Positions 49,473-60,500 of a stretch of 64,000 nt of DNA are shown here, piece by piece. The stretch is from Amphiscolops sp. MND2022 (lineage: Eukaryota): positions 23,126,001 to 23,190,000 of the forward strand of contig OZ076413.1 of assembly GCA_964187785.1 (NCBI GenBank), written 5' to 3'. The notes beneath the pieces were generated by a model. That model was not told where the DNA came from. It did not search any database and saw nothing but the letters and a program-made list of their open reading frames with translations. Positions within the stretch are counted from its first letter, which is position 1. Every line of letters starts with the position of its first letter. The position numbers were made by a program, and so were the translations under genes.

Positions 49473-49520
49473 CAAGTGGATGTAAAATAGTCAAGTGGAT
49501 GTAAAATAGTCAAGTGGATG
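49473..49520. repeat. 19-bp minisatellite x2.5 (CAAGTGGATGTAAAATAGT)
   Basis: Direct reading of the sequence. Confidence 0.95.
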
Positions 49521-49543
49521 GATATCGTCACGATGGAGATTTG

Positions 49544-50361
49544 TGTAAGGACTTGTGTCGCTAGGGGACCTTAAGTCACCTACAGACATTGAGTCTTTTT
49601 TTCGTAATTTTACTTTTGAACCCACTGTTCGTTTCAGTATTCTCCTGACTATTGGGGGACGAACTTGCTTCGGTGTCCCTGCTACCTGAAGAAGAGAGCG
49701 AACTGACCATATTTTGAATTTCCGGTATGACTCTTTCAGCCATCGCTGTGTTAATTGCCCGATTTATTTGGCTATGCATCATGGCCATCATAGAGTCCAT
49801 TTCCTGTATGAGTCTCATGTTAAATTCACTGGTAAAAGTTTCCATTGTTTCATGGAACCTATCTTGGAATTTCATTCTCGTGGACAAAGTGCCCAAAATC
49901 ATATTCATGAGTTTCGTTTTCTTCCTGTTGAAGATTGGGCTCAGTATCCCTGTGGTCTCCTGTATTCCCAATTACATTCAAAAGTTCCCGTTCAGTTGGG
50001 TTACTGTTCTCATTTCCGATCATTACGTCCATATTTTCAAAGTCAGACATCATGTCCTTTTCCCTTGACTTTCTAGCTTTCGCTTTTTGCTTTCTTGTGG
50101 AAGGCATAAGAGACTACTGCAAGAGATAAAAATTGATTATCTTTAGGCTTGCAAAACAAAACAAAATCAATTGATAGGCTGCAAAGAATATAAAGTTGTG
50201 TCCCCCGGTCCGGAAGTCCCGTGTATATATAGGACAGTTTACATGAATATCATAAAAAACATTCATATTCACAAAATGAATAACCACTCGTCTAAAAAGA
50301 GCATTACCTATTTACAGGTTACATGACGTAATGACCTACTGATCACTTCAAAGGCGTCACA
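49544..50361 (-). repeat. 3' LTR (818 bp, TGTGAC...TTACA on the - strand)
   Basis: Directly follows the PPT. Homologous to 63557-64000. Confidence 0.85.
49576..50107 (-). pseudogene. gag: gag N-terminal coding segment located inside the LTR (MPSTRKQKAK...KSKITKK)
   Basis: Overlapping ORFs 49859-50107 and 49576-49971 are joined by a frameshift. The homologous 5' LTR segment leads into MVTGA at 63557. Confidence 0.7.
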
Positions 50362-51052
50362 CCGCCACTCCCATCTATTTCAACTAGCGTCTTCGAAGGA
50401 CAGCTGCACTTTCATGATCATGGTAGCAACACTGCATGTATCATTCATATAATCATCACATGTTTTGAGCATTCCTGTGTGTATTTCAGGCACGAGAGTC
50501 TGGACTTGGCCTAAAACGGCTTCTGAGCCAAAAATGGGGGCGATCCATTTTAGCACCTTTATTTGTAAGAATATAATTGTATGCATCATTATTCTTCAAG
50601 TTAAGTCTATTACTACAGCAATGAAAGCACCAGTTAATTTGGACTCAAGTGTCCCATTGCCTTATCAAGTACATCAATATTTGAAAGTAAGCGGCGCGTG
50701 GCCATAATGTCCACTAATAAAAGCACTGTATTGATAAATGTCCGAATTATCATTTCGGACAGCTTGTCCGCAGCGACAGGAGAGGAAACATTTGAACTCG
50801 TCTCCTCTGCCTGTACGTCGTTGTGTCCAATTTCAAACAACTCAGTAAACGTTTACATATTGAATACATTGCATCAATTACATGTTTTAACAGCAAAAGA
50901 TGTTAAACTACATGAAGGTCAGCCTTGCATAACCTCAAACATTATTAACATCATGGAAAACAGTTACAAAACATATGATGAGTTTCAGTTTTGTTGTGTG
51001 GACATCGTGTCCCTTTTCCCTAATCAAAGGGGACTGTACCAGGGAGAGTATT

Positions 51053-51646
51053 TTAAAGGTTATAGGCAATGGAGTACCAATTGCAATCGCAGGCGGTAGC
51101 CTGCGACACTCCCCCTGGCATAAGTAGAAAAGTGCCTGCCGACATTCCGTCCAGAAAGGCTATCTTCCTCGTCTTTTCTGGTAATGATGTTTTGTTTAAA
51201 TAATCGGTCACTGCCTCTGATTGTATTTGTTCCACAGATTTGCCACAAACCACACAGTCTGAAAAGCCCACCATTGTTGTTCCTTCTGACACTGCCATCC
51301 CTCTAAAGTGTTTGGAAATTGCGTCCACTGGGGCGGAGTCTTCTGGGCACGGGTTGCTGGTGGCGCTTACTTCGAAGTCAGGGTATCTGTCCACAGCGGG
51401 GGGAGAGAGCGGAGTGTCTAACTGTGGCACTAAATTCCGGCACACACTAATGGGATGGTTATTTCTTATTCTGCTGTCACAGGCCAGCGGACCGTTTCCA
51501 TTCCCCAGATTGAAATACTTTTGGCTGAACTTAGGGAATGGCGGTTGGTTGGACCTCGGTGTAGGACATCTCTTCTGGGCATCAGACGCCCCGGCTGACG
51601 GAATTGGTATTGGGTCCGCTAATTGCCTTTCAATACATCTCGCCAT
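51053..51646 (-). CDS. Accessory sense-strand ORF of the Gypsy element (197 aa, CxxC motif)
   Basis: ATG-initiated open frame between integrase and PPT. Contains DCVVCGKS. No family recognised. Confidence 0.5.
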   Translation of the reverse strand: MARCIERQLADPIPIPSAGASDAQKRCPTPRSNQPPFPKFSQKYFNLGNGNGPLACDSRIRNNHPISVCRNLVPQLDTPLSPPAVDRYPDFEVSATSNPCPEDSAPVDAISKHFRGMAVSEGTTMVGFSDCVVCGKSVEQIQSEAVTDYLNKTSLPEKTRKIAFLDGMSAGTFLLMPGGVSQATACDCNWYSIAYNL

Positions 51647-53036
51647 GACGCGGATCTCTTGTTTCCTCGTCTGATGAAGAGCCTATGTCGCTTATTGATT
51701 TTCTTGGCAACCTTGAAAGAGAGTTTGAACTTTGTGTTAGTTTAGCGTGTTGAGAGCAAATGATTTAGGCTGTTGAAATCACAAGAATGGCTGATTTCTT
51801 CGTCACTGATGCGTGAATTTTCCGTCGGTTCTCGGTTTACCTTTTCCCGGGTTTTCTACCTTGTTTTCTGAGTTATTTTTCAATAACAAAATTCTCCCCG
51901 GTATCATTCTTTCAACTAGCCACCCAGGTTGCTTTGAAATTGCTGATAGCGGGTTTGCTGACACTCACAATTACCATTGCCACTCTCACTTCTCAAGCAT
52001 CTCGGTGAGAGTTTATTAACACTCACTCTCCACTTGATAATCTCAAGTGGATGAAGATATGACTGAAGGCCACGCCGTCTCGTTCCCTCTGCGGCAACCA
52101 ATCAGAACGCAAGGAAAAATGTCATTCAGAAAATGGCGATCCAAGGCCGTAGATCCATATAAGGAATAAAATAATTTGACCTTGAAAATGAAATAAAATG
52201 GAATAATCATGGTAAAATTATAAAATAATTGCAACATAATGGAATAGTTGCATGAAATAATGAAGTTTTGAAATAAGTAATAAAATGTAGATGTTGCTGG
52301 CAGACTCTATCTACGAATCCCTGTAATTCTCGGACAATTGTAAATTTGACCCGAACTGTATAGTCACGAACTCCACTTTTGACATCGTGTCACATTGCTG
52401 GTTCATTTTCCAATTTCTTTATACTAAAATCTTTTCGTTTACTTCTTCACATGGATTATCCAGAATTTAATCGCCGTTTACATTTAATCTAGTAGTCTTT
52501 GCGTTACTTTTCGTTCGCATTTCTTTGAAGTCTTTTATTTATTCAATTTTTCTGGGATTTCTTGTCCACTCATCTCGGACTTCCAGCACAACATTTGACT
52601 GTTTGGACTAACGACCTTGAGTCTTAAATTGGTGACTTCCTGTCATCCTGGGCTTACCTCCTTTCCAGAAGAAGGATTATTACCAACTTCACCGATCTCC
52701 TGACTACGGATCAAATTTTCCACCTTTTGCAGCAAGTCCCATCTGATCGTAGAGACTTTAGCCTTTTCAGAGCACCACCTGGGGGACATTCAATCGGTTG
52801 CATTGTAGCAGGATTCGAACAGGTCAGTAGACTTCAAGTATCTTCATCTGCTCTTTTTTAAATATGAACTAATCCGAGGCGTGATCAAGGCTCTCATTTC
52901 ATTCATGTACTTCCTGTCCAATAACACAAGTGTTCACTTGAGTTCAAAACTAACAACTTCCGGAAGATTTTAAAACGCGGTAATGGATTCGTATTCAGGA
53001 AGGTTCCCGCTTGTTTTGATTTCTTTATATTTAGAC

Positions 53037-55728
53037 ATGACGTCTAGACAGCTGAGCGAACCTGATCCTGCTCAAACTACTAAATGCCCTGGAGAGAGGC
53101 AAACTGAATCAGACGGGACTCAAGGTCCTTCACGATCCACAGCTACTGGCACTTCAGTTGAGAAGTCCACCGAGCAGGCCCATACTCCCGCATCCGCCTC
53201 CAGTGGTTCTGCAACAGAAAGTTTGTCTGCATACCCTGAAAGGACTCTAGAAGCCAACCTTGCACGAGATGATCTCGGGATTGCCCTCCCAATCCGGGCG
53301 TTACTGAATTGGCTGAAATGATGGTTGATGCGGCGTCAAAGTCCTCAGAGTCCGTCGGAATTGCCATCAATACGAAGATAGGGCCATCCGTTTCTCAACC
53401 GTGCCAAGAGGAAAAAGTCCCCTCAACCTGCAAAAGGCATGAAGAGCTCGAATCCGAAATTGTTTCTGCAGCTAAGACTCTTCTTGACCCCACAGAATAC
53501 TTCACTGACACAAGCGAGGTTGAAGACCTTATTGATAGCTCTGGAGTTGGTGGCCCCGTCTTTTCTCCGAATAAGAAAACCCCCACTATTGGGCATGTGC
53601 CGGCCCAAAATGAGGAGACAAATAGCGCCAATGAATTCTCTCAAGGGTCACAAGGCCCTAGTCAGGAACAAACGCCAGGCTCACGACGACTGTCAGCCAG
53701 TGGTCGAGTTTTGCTTCGGAAATTTTTTATTGAAATAGATCCGATTGAATTACCTCGTGGTCATCCTACCATTGCTCTCACCGAGGGGCAGATACGCACG
53801 GTACTAAAAACAATTTCCGACGAAACCATTTTGTCCTCTTTTCATCTATTGAAATCCCTCCTCCTGCAAGCCACCTCAGGAAAAGTGTTGACCAAAGAGC
53901 GCTGTAGACATGTAAGTCAAACGTCGCGTTCCCCTAAAGGACATTTCAGCAGTTCCGGAGATGAATCAACAGATGTCGATTCTGCCAAAGAAGGATATAC
54001 TAGAGGGGATTTTAACAAAGACGAGGAGCCGGGGAGTCTGTCAATATGTTTAGAGACTGGGGAAGAGACCAAACAGTATGGAGCTTCGACTTCAACTGGT
54101 CTTCAAATGGATGTGGACGCCTTTGATCCAGCACGAGAAACTGCCCCTAGTCTAGGAAGTGGAAATAGCTTGGGGGATTATGCTCCTCTATCTTCTCTTG
54201 TCCCGAAATCTGGAAAAGCTGCAACTGTCAAGAGTCCTCGCCGAAAATGCAGGAGATACATAGGGCGCCCAGTAAGTAATGAGGGAGGCGTACTTTAAAG
54301 CAATACAGTGGAAAGAGGTTTTCGTGACTGGTCCACTTGACCCAGCTCATAACCAGTATATGTTTTCCTGTAAGATCTGTAAAACCAATGTGTCCATATA
54401 TTCTAACGGGGAAAGACAAAATGTGCGACACTACCAATCTGAGTCGCACTTGAGGAATGATCAGTTGTGGCGATATACTCACCTCAGCCGAAAAAATGAG
54501 ATTACTGGAGTAGTAACCCATCAAGTACGTGGAAGGAATGTAGTCCTATTGACGCCATTGGAACTCGAAAAAGAGAAGCCATTATTTGAGGGGGCTCTGC
54601 TAGTAGACATCAGGGGAGACTTCCCCTTTCTTGAAGAGTACCTCGCTCGTTCAGAGGGTAGATTAACAACTGCAGATGCTAGAGACAGTACCCAGATTGC
54701 CTTAATTGCAACAATGGTCCCCTTTACCGGCGATATGAGTCTCCTCGGAACCCAAGTTGGCGCATACATGAATTACCAGGAGGCTTTTGCACCCTTTGAT
54801 TGGGGGCGTGTTAAGCTCACTGTCAGTACTATTTTGCATAGTGACACTTTACTTGTACCTTTCATGGATTTTATCTTTCCCTTCTATTTAGATGACCTTC
54901 CATCACATCTTCATCGGTGGGATTGAAGACATCTCATCTCAGATTGCTGCTAGCGACATGTACTCGTTGGAGTTCGAGGTTGTCGGTCGCTCTCGCCTGA
55001 TGTCGGCCGGTTTCTGGAAGGACGATACCCTAGTACGATTCCAGATGTACCGTTGTCCCCTGACCAGTGGCGTCCCTGGAAGTTACTTTGTTGGGGCTTC
55101 CCGACTTCTCTCAGTCATTTCTGCCAAACCCAATTTGGTCAATGGGTCTGGCTGTTCTGTTTACGTCATACAGGCCTTTGATGACAGTGAGCTGTTCTAC
55201 CGCGGGTTACGGTACCCTTTTCGATTTGATGCCTACTCCCTTCCTGCACTCTTACATCAGAGAGAAGCAAACGTTTTTGAGACTATTGATTTCATATCCC
55301 AACTCAAGTTTCTGATCTTGACTATTGGCGGCATTCTGACCCAATTTTGGACTGAACAGGCACCTGAGTTGACTAAGGTTAGTACCTCCTCTTTCCTGCC
55401 TAACCATTGAGGTTGTGGGCTAGGGTGATATTGTGTCCCATTCGTTTAGGCAATATAGGCCAGCAACGTTGAGATCCTATGTGTCACTGCGATTTGCTCC
55501 GAACTTTTTGTCCACTGGGACCCTGTATTGGACTTTCTCACTAGTAATGCACCTTCGACTGCTAAGCAAGGAGTAAAGGACGCAGTAAGTCCCCAGCCGC
55601 AGTCAACAGTTCTAGTGTTGACTGTTTTCCTGTGTTGTCCAGCCGCAGAGCCTTGAATGAACTATTGTCACAGAAGACTTGTTTCCAGCCAAATTGGAGC
55701 TTTTTGGTCGGGCGGCTGGTTCGGGACT
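53037..55728 (+). pseudogene. Antisense spliced accessory gene, 5' part: zinc finger plus eroded hAT-like transposase core
   Basis: Exon 53037-54821 carries 2 frameshifts, one from a 4-bp AGTA duplication at 54271-54278, and the motif CKICKTNVSIYSNGERQNVRHYQSESH (54369-54449). GT-AG introns at 54822-54891, 55378-55449 and 55585-55642 are all phase-consistent. Confidence 0.75.
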
Positions 55729-55769
55729 GTAAGTCTTTCCATTTCCTTAGTCTAAGTAAGACTTCAACT

Positions 55770-57528
55770 GAAAATGACGTCAACGAGAAGGAAATAGGCA
55801 ACATCCGAGACGCGACGTCCCCGCTAAGTGAATCGCCTAGTGGGTCGCAAAATAAAAATGACGTCACTAATGATTTAGAAAGCACGGAAACTGCTTCTAA
55901 TGGAGGCGCAGATTTTACCGTGCCCTGAATATGCGAAAATGAAAAGACCTAACTTAATGAATCTTCGACCTAACCCCAACCCCAACTATACTGATGAATA
56001 CAGATATTAGTCAGAATACTAAATTATAGGTCCCTGTCTTGCTGTTTATCCTCAAAGGGATCTGTATTTTTACAAGGGACTACTACTGACTTCAATTTTT
56101 TTCACTGAACTCATAGAACAAACAGACTTGGTGGCGGACAATATAAAGCCACAACGAGCATGTAATGAAACTTACAATAAAAGAGATAATACAAATCAGT
56201 TTACAATAAATACAAGCAGTTTAACTAAAGACAAATGTACTCTATGTACATTAAATGATTAGAGGACCCACTTTGCAATTCCTTCACAGCTTTCGTGACT
56301 TCAGAAGAGGGAATAACCTCCTCATGGGCATACTTCACAGTTTTCCGAGGTGAACGGAAAGCAGTCCCAGAATCCTCATGAATAGTGGAAGAAGATCGAC
56401 TACGAACGATCTTTACAGGGCAAACTTCCTTGCCTTGGGACTTGTAGGAGGATTAAAGAGACTTGTAAAATTTGCCCTGACCGAATGAATCAACATAGGA
56501 CCAGGGGTCCCCAGGAACATTACCTGAGTCAAAGCGGGACTCAAGCTCGTGAAACTTAGCCAAAGCTGACTCAGAGACACAGTAAGCTACGGAGTGTGGG
56601 ACAGTTGATCAGTAAGACTGTGCGGGCAAAAGAACATCCAACAGTCGATAGCTAGGGTTTGCAGAATCAGCACTCTGGAAACGAATTGCAGGTAAGCTGG
56701 TAGTGCTCTCAGTCAGACAAAGACAGCTTAGTCTCAAGATATGGAGCAACCTAGGTCTGCTCCGCAACGCTGGCATTGGCATCAGCAAGTCCACAACGTC
56801 AGTAAATAGTTCCGTGTCTCTAAAACTGCCGCAGGTATTACGAAGATGGTCGATACACTTGACATATTCCTCCCGATATTCAAGCTCATCAGACTCCACA
56901 ACCCACCCTCGGAGTTGAAAATTACGGTATAATGCTCTAAAGCAGAATAGGGCTTGTTCCATGGGTTGGGTCAAGCGGACGGTGAAATCGAAGCTGGCCA
57001 TCCCTCGAACAATGCCGGCAGTCAATCATTTATCCTTCAATAAGGAATCCAAGTTGTACACGATGTAACGCCGTGACTGCGTAGCGAAGTCGTTTTTTAT
57101 CTCCTCAGCAAGCGTCTCGAGAACGGAGTTCAAATTCTTCTTTCCACTATTCTCCTTTCGAGCTTCAGCCCAGGAGGCCTCCTCCAAGTTAAACTTCTGC
57201 TTAAGTCGAGTAAGGAAGTCTCGACAAGACAACTCTCGACACTCATCCAAGGGGAGCTGCAACAGTCCCGACCAATCGGTATCGGCAGGGGTATGCTTGG
57301 GTATGATGGCCCAGCTACCCAACTTGCGAATGTACCGACAGAGCTCTCCAAAATTGAAAAACCCGAATCCCGTCGTCTCATGAGGCTTCGACTGAAGCAC
57401 ATGTTATCTAAACGAAGCAAAATACAACCCGTTACCACCCGCCGAGAATAATACTAGGCAAAACGACATACACGGATCGTCACAACTATGTAATACTCAA
57501 TTACGTGTAACAGCACAGTTACTTATGT
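55770..57528. other. Internal inversion within the Gypsy element
   Basis: An identical 40-bp sequence lies at 55805-55844 (+) and 57568-57529 (-). The integrase tail (…PNPNPNYTDEYRY) is on the + strand here while the rest of pol is on the - strand. Confidence 0.85.
56225..57407 (-). pseudogene. Antisense accessory gene, 3' exon (inverted)
   Basis: Acceptor ttttgcttcgtttAG. ORFs 57026-57400 and 56609-57025 are one frame interrupted by single stops. The phase matches the donor at 55729. The 3' end is approximate. Confidence 0.7.
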
Positions 57529-57576
57529 CCCACTAGGCGATTCACTTAGCGGGGACGTCGCGTCTCGGTTGTTAGC

Positions 57577-60500
57577 CTAACTCAGTCGTATTTCATTCTC
57601 GTTGACGTCCTTCTCATTCCATCTCTCACTGCTGCGTGCACTTCCTGTAACGCTGCTGCGTTCATCTTCGGTGACGTGATAGTCCATTTCACCACTCGCA
57701 GCGTCATTCGGCAGACGTGTGGCCGTGTCTGGCCAATTATATTTCCTCGTTTCGAATAACTCGTAGTCGAAGTTTACTTCCCATGAAATAGTATACAAGT
57801 CGTCTTGCGGTATTACTATCTCTTCGTCTGGTTGTAATTTTTCTTCATTGTAATTGCCTTCCAAAGGGGCAATTGGGACAAATTTTTTGAGTCTAATGCG
57901 ATGTAAAATTTGCGTTTTGTTCGTGTTTAAATGACGCACTATATAATTATTGTTTGGTAGAACTTTTTGTACAATGAAGGGACCAATCCACCTGTAGTCC
58001 CTGAATGGTATTTTGGAGCCTTGGCTATCCGTCTTAGGTTGAAGCACAAAACAGTAGTCTTTTTCTTGTAGCGGAGCCGGTCTGGTTTTACAGTTGTAAT
58101 ATTCTTTGTATTTTAGATACGACTGCATAATATTCTTTTTCGTTTGATCGATGAGAATTTGTGTTCTCTGTTGTACTTCTTCGGCAAACTCAGTCATTGG
58201 TAGAAAATTTTTATTGGGATTGTTTCCCAATTTGTGATCAAGGATATTGTAGGGAATTCGCTCATGAAATACCTTGCTAGGCTCACATCCAATACTAGAA
58301 TAATAAGTAGTGTTATAATTGAACACTGCTAATGGCAGGTATTCATGCCATTTTCGTCGATATTCCCCTGAGGCCATTTTCAAGTTGGTCTTTAGAGAGG
58401 CGTGTGTCCTTTCAAGCTTGCCAATTGTTTGCGGATGTTCTGTGGTAGCACATTTGAGTGTTATACTTGGCTACTTCCGTAACAATTGTTGAAGTAAATG
58501 CGGACCACTTGTCTGTGATGAGGGTTGATGGCAAATACGAATGTTTTGTCATTATATCAATTATCACCTTGGCTACATTTGGGGCTGTGGCTTCAATTAG
58601 CGGGTAGGCGAACAGGTATCTTGAGAATACGTCAATTGCTGTCAACACTGGTTGGTATCCTCCGCTTGTTGGTAAATTCGCTAGTTGATCAATTTGCATG
58701 GCGTCTTCTGGACCGAGGTCCCATTCGGGTAAATTTAGCAATTCATGTGTATTCGCAGTGTTAGGGACTCGTTTATCCTTGGCGCATATTGCACATCCTT
58801 CTACCCATTTTTTGGCATGTTATGCAATTCTTGGGTAGTAATATTTTTAGCGGATTTCTTGTAGCATTTTTGGAATGCCTGGATATCTATGTGCCGTGCC
58901 ATGTATTGCTTGCAGCAATTCTTTCAGTAGGTGTTTTGGCAGCAGGATCTGGTGATATTTTATTTGTCCAGTTTCATCATAATATTGCCGTATCACAATT
59001 TCGTTTTTGAGGACTAATCGGTCAAAGTTGTGTAGATAGTGTTTGTATCGCATGTCTTGTTGAAGGAATTCCTCGGAGTATTCTTCCTTTTGGATTTTTG
59101 CTTTCAATTGGCGTAGAGTCTGATCTTTAGATTGCTCTAATAGTATTTGGTTTGTTCGTCGTAATTTTTGAGTGAAATTAGTAATTTCATCTACAGAGTT
59201 GTCTGATATTGCATCGATTTGAATTATCGGTTCAGGGACTTTCAGTCCTTTTTGGGATTGTTTCTTTCGTTCCCAAATTTGTTCTTCCGTTTCATTGTCC
59301 TCCTCAGTAAAAACGACTTGCTCCTCTTCGGACACTCCGGCTGATTGGACGTTGACTTCAATTGGTCGTGTTTCTACGTCCTCTCGTTTTTTCAGGACTA
59401 ACTTTTCAGTAGGGTCCATTTCCATACGGGATAGGTAGTCCGCCGCTGTATTGTTTTTGCCTGGAATTTGGGCGATTATGAAATCGAATTGAATTACGTA
59501 ATCACAAGCATTCCAGAGTGGCGGAGGTGTAATTTCGGTCTGGAAGAACCTCGTGACAGCTTTGTTATCCGTAAGGATAATTATTGGTTTAGGTGTTCCC
59601 CAGAAGATGTGTCCAAACTCCTTGAAGGCGTAGTATATTACTAGGAGTTCCTTTGCGTATATTGACATCTTGAGTTGAGAAGGAGTAAAAGTTTTTGAGC
59701 CGTATGCACTTGGCGCATAGGACTTTTTGAAAAAAAGTATATTTCTGATTTGGGTTGTCTTCGGTCATTATGGCGTAACCGGCTGCTGTGAAGCTTGCGT
59801 CGGTCATAAAGACCATTTGTTTGTTTGGTGAGGTTTGTTTCAGTGCCAATTGGATACACTTGTCTAGGTCTCTGTTGATCTTATTGAACTGTTCGACCAG
59901 TTCTGTTGTCACTAGGACCTTCTCGTCCTTTTTGAGGAGTTGGAAAAATGGAACTAACTTTTCGGATATTCTCGGTATGTAATTCCGGTAGTATTTGAGG
60001 AAGCCAAGATAACGTTGTAATGCCTTCTTGGACTTTGAAAATTTCGTCTTTTCCAAAAAATTTGGTGATTCTTTCCTTTTGGGGTTTTACTCCTTCAGGG
60101 GTAATTGTTCTCCCAAGGAAGTCAATTTCGGTGGCGCCAAAGTGGCACTTATGCATGAACAGTTTTAATCCGGCTTCTCTAATGCATTGAAATGGCGCTC
60201 CCAGTTTAGTGATCTTTGCGGCCACCCCAATATCTTCTACATATTGAGTGCACTGGTCAGCTTTTATGACGCGATCCAAGTATTCTCTCATGGAGCTGGA
60301 GAAAGCCGATAGGGCTCGACTGAGTCCTTGTGCTAATCTCCTATAGACAAAGGTCCTGCTGGCAAAGATAAAGGCCACCTTTTCAATGGACTTCTGGTCT
60401 TCCATGAGGAGACAGTGGTAGGCTTGTGAACAGTCGAGTTTGCCGAATAGTTTTTTCCCGGGCATATGTTGCGCAGCGTCTGTCAGGGTACTAACTGGGT

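Noticed and set aside
49473-49520. CRISPR-like or functional repeat array
   Set aside because: Only 2.5 contiguous units without spacers, in eukaryotic DNA. An ordinary minisatellite.
49544-50323. Solo LTR (TGTAAG...TTACA)
   Set aside because: No TSD, and a PPT plus TG start at 50361 and contiguous internal sequence show it is the 3' LTR of the large element.
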